Below, piece after piece: positions 9,828 to 21,259 of a DNA stretch of 64,000 nucleotides. A model generated the notes under the pieces. That model ran no database searches and was not told the origin of the DNA. It worked only from the letters and a program-made list of their open reading frames with translations. The DNA is from Minisyncoccia bacterium (GTDB taxonomy: Bacteria > Patescibacteriota > Minisyncoccia > Phycocordibacterales > UBA918): the NCBI GenBank assembly GCA_041750655.1, contig JBGSYZ010000007.1:41493-105492 (forward strand). The letters are read 5' to 3'. Both the position numbers and the translations under genes were made by a program. How positions within the stretch are numbered: position 1 is the first letter of the stretch; each line of letters starts with the position of its first letter.

Positions 9828-9833
9828 ATTATT

Positions 9834-10196
9834 ATGACAGATACGTCGAGCACATACAGTGTAGAAAACGCCGAATCGCAAATGCGAAAAGGTTTTTTAG
9901 AATTTCCAGTTTTATTAATTATTGGGGCTAAACCAACCTATGCACCGGATATTTTGAAGCAGCTCAAACAAGCGGATTTGTTGGTCGTGGAAGGAACTCT
10001 TTATCCATTGCTTTCCAGAATGAAACGAGCTGAGCTGGTTTCATACACTTGGGAAGAAAGTAAGAGTGGACCACCACGCAAGATGTACACCATCACCGCC
10101 TCTGGAGAAAAAGCCCTTAAACAGTTAGAGATTTCTTGGAAACGTCTCGACTCATCCGTAAACACCTTAATCAAACACTATGAAAAAAGTAATTAA
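9834..10196 (+). CDS. PadR-family transcriptional regulator
   Basis: QMRKG.LE, EGTLYPLLSR, GPPRKMY. Confidence 0.93.
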   Translation: MTDTSSTYSVENAESQMRKGFLEFPVLLIIGAKPTYAPDILKQLKQADLLVVEGTLYPLLSRMKRAELVSYTWEESKSGPPRKMYTITASGEKALKQLEISWKRLDSSVNTLIKHYEKSN

Positions 10197-11376
10197 CATA
10201 ACCCTCGGTGGACTAGTGTTCGCTATTGAACAACCTGCTTACGATGCTTTAGAAAACTATCTTAAAGCAATTAGATCTACACTTACTTCTGATGATGCTG
10301 CAGAGGTAGTGGCTGATATAGAGACAGCTATAGCTGAAAAATTTGTAGCTCGCAATCGTAGTGAAAAAATAGCAGTGACAGAAGAAGACGTAAAAATAAT
10401 CGTTACAGAAATGGGCACACCGGCTGACTTTGGTGGAGAAGAAGACAGTGGGGCAAAAAATACTAAGGATACTAGTGAAGATGATATTAAAAAACGTCTC
10501 TATCGCGATACTGATGACGTAGTAATCGCCGGTGTTGCTTCAGGAATAGCCAAGTATTTTGATATTGATCCAGTGATTGTGCGAGTACTTTTTGTAATAT
10601 CGATTTTCTTTAATGGTCTTGGTCTCATTGTGTACGTGTTGTTATGGTTGGTTGTCCCGGCTGCTGAAACAACTACTCAAAAATACGCGATGCGGGGTGA
10701 GAAAGTAACTCTTAAAGAAATTACGGAACGAGTAAAAAAAAATCTGAACGATTTAGAAAGCAGCAATCTTGAGAAAGCTAGAGGAATTGGTTCGTCGCTA
10801 AGAAATATTCTAGTTAAGTTATTTGAAGTGGTTGGTGTCCTCATACGGGTGCTAGCAAAAGTAATTAGATATATTTTAGGATTTATTTTTGTGGTTGGTG
10901 GAGCTCTAAGTATTGCTGGACTCGTCTCAGCCTACTGCGTAATACTACTTTCAGATCGAGTTTTAATGCCTGCTGAAGTACAAACCTCTCTAGAAATAAT
11001 GTTGAGCTCCACCATGGGTGTAGTAGCAATAACTGCTTCGTTTGTGATGATGATTATTCCGATGCTTATTATTGTGGTAGCTGGGGCATGCTTAATAGCA
11101 AAGCGTAATTATTTTACAGTAACAAAATTAGTGACACTGTTTGTGGTTTGGGTAGTGGCAATAATCTTAGCTTTCACTGCGTCTGCCTTGCAGGTGGAAA
11201 AAGTTATGCAAGCCATTGGTCCTCTTGAAGACACAGAAAAATACAACATCCATATAAATGTTGACGATACCGGAGTTAATATTGAAAGAGAAGTGGTTGA
11301 AGAAGGCGAAAAAAGTCTGCCACCAGAAACTGAACCGATTGAATTACCAGATATTGAGAGTGCAAATATTGAGTAG
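10180..11376 (+). CDS. PspC-domain membrane protein
   Basis: KRLYRD.DD..IAGVASGIA.YF.IDP..VR; typical partner of PadR. Confidence 0.9.
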   Translation: MKKVINITLGGLVFAIEQPAYDALENYLKAIRSTLTSDDAAEVVADIETAIAEKFVARNRSEKIAVTEEDVKIIVTEMGTPADFGGEEDSGAKNTKDTSEDDIKKRLYRDTDDVVIAGVASGIAKYFDIDPVIVRVLFVISIFFNGLGLIVYVLLWLVVPAAETTTQKYAMRGEKVTLKEITERVKKNLNDLESSNLEKARGIGSSLRNILVKLFEVVGVLIRVLAKVIRYILGFIFVVGGALSIAGLVSAYCVILLSDRVLMPAEVQTSLEIMLSSTMGVVAITASFVMMIIPMLIIVVAGACLIAKRNYFTVTKLVTLFVVWVVAIILAFTASALQVEKVMQAIGPLEDTEKYNIHINVDDTGVNIEREVVEEGEKSLPPETEPIELPDIESANIE

Positions 11377-11415
11377 AGTGCTAGAAAAAAGCCGGACCTT
11401 CGGTCCGGCTTTTTT

Positions 11416-13494
11416 CTATGTTTCAGCGCGCCAGCGCTTAAGGAGTTTGGAAAGCCCAAGTGAAGTGATGAAAATCAAGACTGAAAGAATGAGAAATTTT
11501 GGTTCTAAAACGTTGAAACTAAAACCTTCCATTTTAAATTCTTCTAAATTAAGTGAAGCCCCGATTGAAACAAATGTTGCTGTGCCAAGCAGGATTCCCA
11601 AGAACGTAGCGGTAATAAAGGGAATAAACTTAGTGTTAAGAATACCGGCAAAATAACTAACACCATCAAATGGGAGAAAGATAAGACGCATGGTAAGGAT
11701 GGCTTCAAAGGTGTTGGCGCGGAGAGTTTCAACCCAGTTACCTAATAGCGAATCTTCAAGGCGTAATCCTTTGCCGAAGAAACGTCCGACAGCATACGCG
11801 ACGGCAGAAGATATGGTAGCGGCAATGATGGTAAGTACAGTTCAATAGACAAAACCAAAGAAAATTCCGGAGAGAATGGTGAGGGCAGCAGCCGGAAAGA
11901 AGGTAATTGGTCTAATGGTGTAAAAAAGAATATAGACGAGTGGACCCCAGGCCGTCATCGACACAAAGTCAAAAATCATGAGGGCAGTTTGGGTGGTGTC
12001 CATGCTGTTGGCAGCCTTGTAGTTGGAAATAAGAGAAAGTATAAGTACCCAGATTAGGCCGGCGATTATTTTAGACAGGTGACGCTTGAAAAGATTGAGG
12101 ATGTCGGTTTTAAGTGAACTCAATTGCTCGGCGAAAAAATAATCGCCGGCTTTTTTAATGACAAGAGAGTACGTAGGGTAGGCATAAATTGTTCGACGCA
12201 ATTGCCACATAGAAATCTTGTTATCAATCGCCAAGGTAAAAGGAGTGATAAGTTCACCGGCTCGCGGTCCTATAATGTGTGCACCAAGAACAGCACCGTT
12301 GAGGCGTCTGGCAATAACGACGAGTAAGCCGGCAGTTTCACCATCGGTCTTAGCTCGATCGTTTTCTGAAAATGGCACTTCAATCCGAATCAATTGGTTT
12401 TCCGGGTATTTAATTTTGGCATCATTCCACGACATGCCTACTTGAGCTACTTCTGGAGTAGTGTACGTGACTTTCGGGATAGCTTTTGTATTTTTTACTC
12501 GCAACCAACCTTTGCTCACTACTCGTGTAACTACTTGTCGCGCCGTGTCATCTGCAGTGTGTGTAAATTTATATCTCTGAGCGACGTCGCCAATGACGTA
12601 GACGTATTTGTTGCTGGTTCGATGTTGACTATCGACTTTTACGCCCTGAGCATCAAATGTAATTCCAGCTGCATCTAAACCTTTGGGAATATTAGGAATA
12701 CGCCCAATAGCCACGAGTACGTTGTCAAAAGGAACTGAAAAAGTTTCTGTAACGGTATCACCGTCTTTGCGGTCGAAAATGGCTTTGCCATTTTCGACTT
12801 TTGTTATAAACGCCTGTGTCTCAATTCTGACACCAGTTTCTTCTAAGGCATTTTTTAATATCGGCCTAATAGATTCATCTTCCAATCGGCCAAAGTCGTT
12901 GTCAATGGTAGCGATAGTAACTTGACTACCAAGCATTGATAGAGCTTGGCCCATCTCTAAACCGATAGGTCCAGAACCAATAACCAACGTTTGTTTTGGA
13001 ATTTCAGTTAGTGAAAAAAGATTTTGGTTGGTAAGAATTTCCGATTCGGCTAAACCAGGTACATGTATAAGTCGTGGCGAGGAACCAGTGGCAATAATAG
13101 CGTTTTTATAATGATATATATCCGTACCAATTTTGATAGAACATTTTGTATTAAAAATCGCTTCGCCGAGCACCACGTCTATACCCAATTTTTCAAATGT
13201 TTCCGGTGTTTCCTCATTTAAAATGTTAGTAATAACACCACGTACGTAGTTGAAAGCTTCGGTGCGAAAAGCTTCGCTTTTCGCACCCTCACCAGCTACT
13301 TTTACCGCAGCATAATATTCTTTGGCTTTATGCAGTAGCGCTTTGCTGGGAATACAGCCCGAGTTGGTACATTCACCACCCATATGTTCGCGTTCTACCA
13401 GGAGAACTTTTTTTCCAACTTTTGAAAATCCCACAGCAGCCGTGAGTCCACCTGAGCCAGCCCCTATCACTACCACGTCGTACAATTTCTCCAT
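11416..13494 (-). pseudogene. FAD-dependent pyridine nucleotide-disulfide oxidoreductase (MerA/Lpd-like) fused to a TVP38/DedA domain, with one in-frame TGA at 11842-11844
   Basis: GAGSGG, GGECTNSGCIPSKA, YAYPT; frame continues TVLTIIAATISSAVAYAVGRFFG...MRLIFLPFDGVSY after the TGA. Confidence 0.8.
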
Positions 13495-13593
13495 GTAAAG
13501 TTAAGTTAACGTTAATAAATAAATTATACACTATTCATACTTACTCCTGAGATAAAAAATTGCCGCCCGAGTGGTCGGGCGGCATGCTTTTGG

Positions 13594-14010
13594 TTAGGGT
13601 GATACTTCCGTAACAACGCTTTGTCTGAATGGTCTGTTCGATAGACCATAAAAGATTACCTTATCAAGTGTTACCATGGAAATATAAAGATCATCAACAC
13701 CGTTTATATCGAAGCGTCTTCTAACACCCAATTTTTTAATTTCAAGTGGCTGGATTGAGGTAGAACTAACCCGACACGATTTGTTTGCATATTTTCGTTG
13801 AGTGCTATCCAAGGTAAGAGCTTTTGTTAAAGCAACATCACCGTAGTACTGCCAAGTATGCCACAGAGTGAACGTTTGCCCCATGGTAGGGCAGATGATA
13901 GTAAAATCAGAATTCTCTGGCTGTAAAATCACTTCATCCCCAGTCGTAATTTCAAATATAGAGATTGAAATTCCGTAGATGAAGATGAAGAGAAATTCAA
14001 TTAAAAGCAT
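13594..14010 (-). CDS. Orphan secreted or membrane protein (cassette)
   Basis: AGGAGGT SD, TTGACC -35, hairpin 13561-13584. Confidence 0.65.
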   Translation of the reverse strand: MLLIEFLFIFIYGISISIFEITTGDEVILQPENSDFTIICPTMGQTFTLWHTWQYYGDVALTKALTLDSTQRKYANKSCRVSSTSIQPLEIKKLGVRRRFDINGVDDLYISMVTLDKVIFYGLSNRPFRQSVVTEVSP

Positions 14011-14107
14011 GCGCCACCTCCTTGTCTGTACCTAGATTACGTATTATTTATTTAGGGTCAAGTTATGAGTATGATTAATAAACAAGCGCGTGCCCGGGGC
14101 ACGCGCT

Positions 14108-14410
14108 TCAATTATCACAACTCCATTTGTCAAAATAATGTCTATATACCAAACATTCCAATTCTTTCAGTTTTTTATTGTTGTCGGTATTTATTTTCTT
14201 CAGTTCTTGGAGCGTGGCAATTGCACAGGTAAAGTCATTGGTACATAGCCACAGCACTTCTGACTCAAGTATTGAAGTGTGAAGCTCCAAGCCCGTGGCA
14301 GATTTAAGTACGAACTCGTATCCTCGGCGACCCATCTCGTACATCCACTCTCGACCTAAACCGGGGTTAAAACCAAGTTGAAAGATGAGAATGAAAGGCA
14401 TGATTTTCAT
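14108..14410 (-). CDS. Orphan protein (cassette)
   Basis: AGGAGG SD; stop abuts hairpin 14084-14108. Confidence 0.6.
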   Translation of the reverse strand: MKIMPFILIFQLGFNPGLGREWMYEMGRRGYEFVLKSATGLELHTSILESEVLWLCTNDFTCAIATLQELKKINTDNNKKLKELECLVYRHYFDKWSCDN

Positions 14411-14626
14411 TCTATCCTCCTGAGTGTTTCTGATTATAGATTAGCATGTGTTTTACGACTTTAGCGTTGCATATATGGATTTAATACCGTATAGTATTGC
14501 AGCTCAGCCCTTTTTGGGCAATTTTTCTATTGCGGGAGGGAGGTGCGGCGACGAAGTCGCCGCACAAACGCGCTTTAGGGAGGATTATAAACGGCAATTA
14601 ATCATTTAATAACCAAGATATTTATT

Positions 14627-16786
14627 ATGGCGAGGAAATTTCCAATCGAAAAAATGCGTAACTTCGGTATTGTAGCGCACGTTGATGCTGGTAAAACTAC
14701 CACTTCTGAGCGGGTACTTTTTTATACCGGTATGAGCCACAAAATCGGTGAAGTACACGATGGTGCTACTGTTACTGACTGGATGGAGCAAGAGCGAGAG
14801 CGTGGTATCACTATTACCGCTGCCGCTATCTCTTGTAACTGGACTAAGACCATGGTGGAAGATCGTACCTCAGACAACCTAAAGTTTGCGTTTAATATTA
14901 TTGACACTCCCGGTCACATTGACTTTACGGCTGAAGTAAAGCGTTCCATGCGCGTACTTGATGGTGCTGTAGTGGTATTTGACGGCGCAGCCGGCGTAGA
15001 GCCACAAACTGAAACCAACTGGGGGTATGCTGACGAAGCGGCTGTTCCTCGCCTCTGCTTCATCAATAAGATGGACAAACTTGGTGCCGATTATGATGCT
15101 TCGATAAAATCAATTGAAGACAGACTAAGTAAAAAAGCTGTTCGTATCCAACTCCCAATCGGACGCGAAGACACTCTCTCGGGTGTGGTTGATCTCATTA
15201 CTATGAAAGCGTATCGCTTTGGCGGTGAAATGGGTATGACAGTAACTGAAGAAGACATTCCTGCAGATTTAGTTGAAGAAGCTACCAAGCGCCGAGCCGA
15301 AATGATAGAACGAGTAGTAGAACATGATGATGTACTCATGGAAGCCTTCCTCGAAGGAAATGAACCTTCAATGGAAGACCTTAAAAAGACACTTCGTAAA
15401 GCGGTCATTGCCAACGAAATTTTTCCAGTCCTTACTGGTTCAGCTCTTAAAAATATTGGTGTGCAATTGGTACTCGACGCAGTGGTTGACTATCTGCCAG
15501 CGCCAACCGATTTACCACCGGTAGTTGGTATTAATCCAAAGACTGACGAAGAAGTCACTCGTAATCCTTCAGACGAAGACCCATTTGCTGGTTTAGTATT
15601 CAAACTGCAAGACGATAAATTCGTTGGTCAGCTCGCGTTCTTCCGGGTGTATTCTGGAAAAGTGAGTGCTGGTAGTTACATTCTTAACTCAAGTACTGGC
15701 AACAAAGAACGAGTAGGACGAATCGTGCGACTCCAAGCAGACAAGCGAGAAGAAGTGGATGAAGTATACGCTGGTGAAATTGCGGCAGCAGTAGGGCTTA
15801 AAGAAATTAAAACCTCGCATACTTTGTGTGACCAAGACAAGCCAATTATCCTTGAAACCATTACATTCCCAGAACCAGTGGTAGCAGTGCGAGTAGAACC
15901 AAAAACCAAGAATGACCAAGAAAAGATGGGTGTAGCTTTACGACGTCTGTCAGACGAAGACCCAACGTTCAAGGTTTCCACGGATGAAGAAACAATGGAA
16001 ACTATTATTGCTGGTATGGGTGAGTTACATCTTGATATTCTCGTCGACCGAATGAAGCGAGAGTTTGGTGTAGAAGCTAATATCGGTCAGCCGCAAGTGG
16101 CCTATCGAGAAACTATTCAACGCGAAGCTGAAGCTGACCACAAGTACGTGAAGCAGTCGGGAGGTCGTGGACAATATGGACACGCCAAGATTATTATTCG
16201 TCCGCTTAAGCCTTTAGCAGAAGATGAGACGGTTGCTAAGAACGTAACTCGAGAAGATCACTTTGAATTCATCAACAGTATCAAGGGAGGTGTGATTCCG
16301 GCCGAGTACATCCCAGCAGTCATGAAAGGTTGTAAGGAAGCAATGACTCGCGGTTTCGTAGCTGGTTACAAAATGGAAGACGTGTCAGTAGAGCTCGTCG
16401 ATGGTTCATACCATGATGTAGACTCGAGTGAAATTGCTTTCAAACTAGCAGGTATTCAAGCTTTCAAAGAAGCAGCGGCGAAAGCTGGTCCAGTTATTCT
16501 GGAACCAATTATGAAGGTAGAAGTACGAACACCAGATGAATACATGGGTGATATTCAAGGTAATATTTCATCTAAGCGTGGTCAGATTGAAGGCTCTGAA
16601 GAATTGGGAGGGAAGACTATCGTTAATGCTAAAGTGCCGCTATCAGAAATGTTTGGCTACACCAACACACTTCGATCTATGACTCAAGGACGTGCGTCTA
16701 TGACCATGGAGTTTGATCACTACGAAGTAGTGCCACCAAATGTCGCTGAAGATATTAAGAAGGCAAGAGGCGTAAAGAGTGAGTAA
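14627..16786 (+). CDS. fusA: Elongation factor G
   Basis: [31 protein letters not shown]. Confidence 0.99.
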   Translation: MARKFPIEKMRNFGIVAHVDAGKTTTSERVLFYTGMSHKIGEVHDGATVTDWMEQERERGITITAAAISCNWTKTMVEDRTSDNLKFAFNIIDTPGHIDFTAEVKRSMRVLDGAVVVFDGAAGVEPQTETNWGYADEAAVPRLCFINKMDKLGADYDASIKSIEDRLSKKAVRIQLPIGREDTLSGVVDLITMKAYRFGGEMGMTVTEEDIPADLVEEATKRRAEMIERVVEHDDVLMEAFLEGNEPSMEDLKKTLRKAVIANEIFPVLTGSALKNIGVQLVLDAVVDYLPAPTDLPPVVGINPKTDEEVTRNPSDEDPFAGLVFKLQDDKFVGQLAFFRVYSGKVSAGSYILNSSTGNKERVGRIVRLQADKREEVDEVYAGEIAAAVGLKEIKTSHTLCDQDKPIILETITFPEPVVAVRVEPKTKNDQEKMGVALRRLSDEDPTFKVSTDEETMETIIAGMGELHLDILVDRMKREFGVEANIGQPQVAYRETIQREAEADHKYVKQSGGRGQYGHAKIIIRPLKPLAEDETVAKNVTREDHFEFINSIKGGVIPAEYIPAVMKGCKEAMTRGFVAGYKMEDVSVELVDGSYHDVDSSEIAFKLAGIQAFKEAAAKAGPVILEPIMKVEVRTPDEYMGDIQGNISSKRGQIEGSEELGGKTIVNAKVPLSEMFGYTNTLRSMTQGRASMTMEFDHYEVVPPNVAEDIKKARGVKSE

Positions 16787-17050
16787 CCTCACTCTTTACG
16801 GAGGTTGCCTAGCATTTTCGTAGAAAATGGTAGGCAAACTGTACAGATCCTGTAAGGATTTAAAGCTGAACAGTTAAAGCGTTAGCTTTAACTGCCTTCA
16901 CGAGACGGAGCGTTATGAGGAGCGCATTTACTAACGCGACGAATCGCGAGTCCGGGGAGAAAGTACTTAGTAGAATTTATGTGAGACAAAAATTATACTT
17001 AGTAACTTGACCCTGAAAGTGAGTAGCCTTACTTTTTACAGACCTTGCTT
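16772..17050 (+). mobile_element. Composite structured element at the fusA 3' end (family B hairpins plus degenerate family A scaffold)
   Basis: CGCGAG 16945, AGTACTTA 16962, TTAGTAACT 16999; imperfect repeat of 16778-16812 at 17018-17052. Confidence 0.6.
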
Positions 17051-17055
17051 AATCA

Positions 17056-17089
17056 AAAACGACCGGCGCCTTAGGGCGCCGGTCGTTTT
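17056..17089 (+). terminator. Terminator (GCGCCC family)
   Basis: aaaacgaccggcgcc-ttag-ggcgccggtcgtttt. Confidence 0.85.
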
Positions 17090-17132
17090 AGTTGGGGATA
17101 GTCATTTATTGTCAACAAATGTGGAGTAGAAT

Positions 17133-17585
17133 ATGTATATGGAACAGAATGAGGAAAATGAAAGTTTTCCACCTCAAATTGATGAATCTGAGTACAAAAT
17201 GCCAGAATCTAGCTTTGGAGTTACTACTTCAAAAAGTATTTTTCCTTGGCCGGTTATTTTTGTGGTTATTTTCTTGCTGGTACTACTCACTGGGCTAGGT
17301 TTTTATATTTACATGGGAATGAGTCACACTCCTGCTACAATTTCAGATACAAATCTTGAACCAGTGTCAGAAAATTTATCTGAAACAAATAAAAGTGATT
17401 CAGAGGATATTTCACCTGAAATGATTGCAAAAATGCAATCCATGCAGCGAGATACAATGGTTACTGATGAGGATGTTGCGCGTATGGAATCTATGCAACA
17501 GGAAGCTCCAGATCAAGAGATTGATCAGGAGGTATTAGACCGCATGCAAGCGATGAATCCAGACGTTTCATTACCAAATCCATAA
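17133..17585 (+). CDS. Single-TM acidic protein
   Basis: One TM; Met/Gln-rich C-terminal repeats. Confidence 0.7.
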   Translation: MYMEQNEENESFPPQIDESEYKMPESSFGVTTSKSIFPWPVIFVVIFLLVLLTGLGFYIYMGMSHTPATISDTNLEPVSENLSETNKSDSEDISPEMIAKMQSMQRDTMVTDEDVARMESMQQEAPDQEIDQEVLDRMQAMNPDVSLPNP

Positions 17586-17608
17586 TTCGTTATTTTAATT
17601 TTATAAAT

Positions 17609-18049
17609 ATGAGTAAAAATATAACTATGACCTACACACGTTCACTTTCACAAATTTTTGTTTTAGGAGTCGCTTTACTAATCTTGTTTAGTTACCAGTA
17701 TCTGGGGGCGGCCTGGACCAATCCTCCAAGTTCACCAACCAGCAATAATGTAGACGCGCCGATAAATGTAGGTACAGATCCTCAGATTAAGCTAGGTGAC
17801 ATTACCGCTGTACATCAAAAAGCAGGCTCACAAATGTGGTCACCTGAATACTGTGATGAAAACGGCGCTAATTGTATTGATCCAGCGACAGCAGTTTTTA
17901 TAAATGCGGCTTGTAGTGATGGTAATATACTCTATAAAACTGGTGGTTCGTGGACATGTGTGAACAATGTAACCAACTTATTCCCGTCTTGTTCAAACGG
18001 ACAGGTTTTAATGAAGGACGGTGGAGTGTGGGGTTGTACTGATAAATAA
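17609..18049 (+). CDS. CPR-type secreted or pilin-like protein
   Basis: AAWTNPPSSP..NNVDAPINVG, YCDENGANC and two C-x-x-G..L.K.GG.W.C repeats. Confidence 0.7.
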   Translation: MSKNITMTYTRSLSQIFVLGVALLILFSYQYLGAAWTNPPSSPTSNNVDAPINVGTDPQIKLGDITAVHQKAGSQMWSPEYCDENGANCIDPATAVFINAACSDGNILYKTGGSWTCVNNVTNLFPSCSNGQVLMKDGGVWGCTDK

Positions 18050-18055
18050 ATCTTC

Positions 18056-19174
18056 ATGAATTTTGCATATACCATTCGAAATTCAGCCTTTATTGCCTTT
18101 GCTATTTTGTTTGTTTACTTAATTTCTCAAACAACTTTCGCGCAATCTGTAACCAGTACGCTTGGTGGCTACGCCTGGAGTAGTACTATTGGGTGGCTAC
18201 AAATGAGCGGAGTTGCTTCTGATAGCTCAATATACGGAGTAAATCTTGACTCCTCTTCAAATCTGAGTGGCTACGCCTGGAGTAGTACTATTGGGTGGGT
18301 GAAATTTGGTAGCCTGTCTGGTTGTCCAGCTACCTCAAATTGTGATGCCCGTATAGTCAGTGGGGGTGAATTAAGTGGATGGGCTCGCGCTTGTACAGTA
18401 TTTCAATCAGGATGTAGCGGAGCTTTAAAACCAGATACAGCAACAGGAGGTTGGGATGGTTGGATATCACTCAATTGTAATAACACATTGTCGTGTGGTA
18501 CTAGTAACTATAGATGGAAACTAACTGGCTCTACTATTTCAGGGTATGCGTGGGGTGGCAGTGTAGTCGGTTGGTTATATGCCGATAATATTGACCTAGG
18601 ACTATCGCCTGCTACCGTAAATATTGGTGTACGTACACTAGGTTCTAGTAACCCGTTTACCTATACTTCACCATATCCACTTAGTGATGGTGAAGAAATT
18701 GAAGTAGGCTGGGATTCAGCCGACGCCTATGAGTGTTTTTCTACTCAAGGTAGTGGATTTTCAACCAGCGCTCAACTCAATGGTGTTGATGATACAGTTA
18801 GTGAACCAGCTAGTGGTTCCACAGAGACCTTCACAATATTTTGTCGTGGTATAGCAGGTGATGGGGCAGATTCCATTACTGTTGAATACCCTGTATCACA
18901 GGTTAGTATTTGGACTGAACCTATAATAACCGAACTAAACAACACGGTTATGATTTATTGGGATGTGACTGGCAATGATCCAGCAGCCTGCTCAATATCA
19001 GGACCTAATGGCTTTGGGATGACTTTAATCGCTGGCGAAGAATCCGGCTCGGTATCGAGTGACCCAATAGAAGGAGAGTCAGACTACACCATCACGTGCG
19101 CCGCCAACGGTATTAATCCAGCTGCTAATAATGCTGTTAAGGTCCGAGTGAATGCTAGTTCAGTAGAATCATAA
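18056..19174 (+). CDS. Surface protein with GYAWS..IGW repeats and Ig-like C-terminus
   Basis: Four G(Y/W)A(W/R) repeats, Cys pairs, signal peptide. Confidence 0.75.
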   Translation: MNFAYTIRNSAFIAFAILFVYLISQTTFAQSVTSTLGGYAWSSTIGWLQMSGVASDSSIYGVNLDSSSNLSGYAWSSTIGWVKFGSLSGCPATSNCDARIVSGGELSGWARACTVFQSGCSGALKPDTATGGWDGWISLNCNNTLSCGTSNYRWKLTGSTISGYAWGGSVVGWLYADNIDLGLSPATVNIGVRTLGSSNPFTYTSPYPLSDGEEIEVGWDSADAYECFSTQGSGFSTSAQLNGVDDTVSEPASGSTETFTIFCRGIAGDGADSITVEYPVSQVSIWTEPIITELNNTVMIYWDVTGNDPAACSISGPNGFGMTLIAGEESGSVSSDPIEGESDYTITCAANGINPAANNAVKVRVNASSVES

Positions 19175-19480
19175 GTTTTGACCAAGTAAATTTAAAATTG
19201 GATAGCGTTAAATTTATTTTTTCTAAATATTTTTCTTGCACAGAGATTATTAATTTTGCTTTGCTATTAAAAAGCAAAAATAACTTGTCAAAAGTGCACC
19301 ACTCCTGTAACATACCGTGCACTACATTGCGCTTTTTCGGTGTGGGGATTCGCATTTTTATGCGTTTACTTATTTGAAGCGTGCTAGGGATGAGGCAAAT
19401 GTTCTCGCCTTCATCTCTGGTAGGTTTTATACCAATATAGCCAGGTGGTATTTATTAGTTCATTAGTATAAAAATTACTT

Positions 19481-20671
19481 ATGGCAGATTTTGATCGTTC
19501 AAAGCCCCATATGAACGTGGGAACCATTGGTCACGTAGACCATGGTAAGACGACTACAACAGCCGCTATCCTTAGCGTCCTTAACGCCCGTGGTGGTGAT
19601 TACGGAGCTAACGTAAAGGCGGTTGAAGATATTGATAAGGCGCCGGAAGAAAAGGCACGTGGTATTACTATTTCACTCTCGCACAGCGAGTACTGGACAG
19701 CTAATCGCCACTACGCTCACATCGACGCTCCTGGTCACGCAGACTACATTAAAAACATGATCACTGGTGCTGCACAGATGGACGGTGCTGTACTTGTGGT
19801 AGCCGCAACAGACGGAGCTATGCCACAGACACGTGAACACGTGCTTCTTGCTAAACAAGTGGGTGTGCCAAAGATTATCGTATTTTTAAACAAGTGCGAT
19901 ATGGTTGAAGACGAGGATATGATTATGCTCGTTGAAGAGGAACTTCGTGAACTTCTAACTAAGAACGGTTTTGATGGTGCTAATGCGCCGGTCATCAAGG
20001 GTTCAGGCCTTAAGGCTCTAGAAGATCCAGCTGGAGAATGGGGTAATAAGATTGTTGAACTGGTTGACGCCATGGACTCATACTTCCCAATGCCAGAACG
20101 TGAATTAGACAAGCCGTTCCTTATGCCGATTGAGGACATCTTTTCAATTGAAGGACGCGGTACTGTAGTAACAGGCCGGGTTGAACGAGGAGCTGTTAAG
20201 GTTGGTGAAACTATTCAAATTGTTGGAATCAAAGATACTGCCGAAACAACTGTAACGGGAGTAGAAATGTTCAATAAGCAACTTGATAAAGCACAAGCTG
20301 GAGACAACGCTGGAATTCTTCTTCGCGGAACTAAAAAGGAAGATGTACACCGTGGTCAAGTACTAGCCGCTAAGGGTTCTGTAACTCCCCACACTGAGTT
20401 CGAAGCTGAAGTATACGTACTGTCAAAAGATGAAGGAGGTCGTCACACACCATTCTTCTCAGGGTACAAACCACAGTTCTACATTCGTACAACTGACGTA
20501 ACTGGAGATGTAACTCTAGCTGATGGCGTAGAGATGGTTATGCCGGGTGATACGGCTCAGTTTAAGGTAAAGCTTGTAGCTCCAGTGGCTCTTGAAGAAA
20601 AGCAAAGTTTTGCGATTCGTGAAGGAGGTAAGACTGTAGGAGCTGGTGTTGTAACAAAGATTGTTGCATAG
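19481..20671 (+). CDS. tuf: Elongation factor Tu
   Basis: [29 protein letters not shown]. Confidence 0.99.
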   Translation: MADFDRSKPHMNVGTIGHVDHGKTTTTAAILSVLNARGGDYGANVKAVEDIDKAPEEKARGITISLSHSEYWTANRHYAHIDAPGHADYIKNMITGAAQMDGAVLVVAATDGAMPQTREHVLLAKQVGVPKIIVFLNKCDMVEDEDMIMLVEEELRELLTKNGFDGANAPVIKGSGLKALEDPAGEWGNKIVELVDAMDSYFPMPERELDKPFLMPIEDIFSIEGRGTVVTGRVERGAVKVGETIQIVGIKDTAETTVTGVEMFNKQLDKAQAGDNAGILLRGTKKEDVHRGQVLAAKGSVTPHTEFEAEVYVLSKDEGGRHTPFFSGYKPQFYIRTTDVTGDVTLADGVEMVMPGDTAQFKVKLVAPVALEEKQSFAIREGGKTVGAGVVTKIVA

Positions 20672-20739
20672 TCAACAATACAAAACGTTGACTTTCCCTC
20701 ATATACCTGTATATTTGGGCAAAATCACAGTATAGAACC

Positions 20740-21093
20740 ATGACAACTAAAACGACAGAAAAAACAAAAGCAACAGCTGCTGGCGAAATCGGAAAATTGC
20801 GAATTCGCGTACGTGCCTATGATCACAAGATTTTAGACGCAAGCGTAAAGCAAATAATCGATACCGCCCTGCGGTTTGATGCGAGCGTAGTGGGACCAAT
20901 TCCACTACCAAACGAAGTTAAGAAATATACAGTTAACCGTTCATCATTCGTCTACAAAGATGCGCGAGAACAGTTCGAAATGCGAACCCATAAACGAGTA
21001 ATTGATATATTAAATCCCGCTCCGAAAGTTATCGAAGCATTAACCAATCTGTCGTTACCGTCTGGAGTCAATATTGACGTCAAAATGATGTAA
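20740..21093 (+). CDS. rpsJ: 30S ribosomal protein S10
   Basis: [27 protein letters not shown]. Confidence 0.98.
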   Translation: MTTKTTEKTKATAAGEIGKLRIRVRAYDHKILDASVKQIIDTALRFDASVVGPIPLPNEVKKYTVNRSSFVYKDAREQFEMRTHKRVIDILNPAPKVIEALTNLSLPSGVNIDVKMM

Positions 21094-21259
21094 AAATAAA
21101 AAGACCCGCTGCGAAAGCAGCGGGTCTTTTTAGTTATCCCCACGTATAGCTTGTTATAACAGGTAAAGGATAAGAGAATACTAACAACGGAGGCGTCCCA
21201 GAGAGGGACCGCCTTTTTTGTTGTTTCACCACACATTATTACATTATAAAATTATACAT

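Noticed and set aside
11842-11844. Genome-wide UGA=Gly recoding (code 25)
   Set aside because: Long conserved genes have no internal TGA, and TGA ends genes normally at 1367, 3044, 7455 and 44992.
11842-11844. Selenocysteine codon
   Set aside because: The TGA lies in a TM segment at a Gly-like position, far from the redox Cys pair.
18165-18298. DGR template/variable repeat pair
   Set aside because: The copies are identical with no adenine-specific mismatches, and there is no RT gene in the window.
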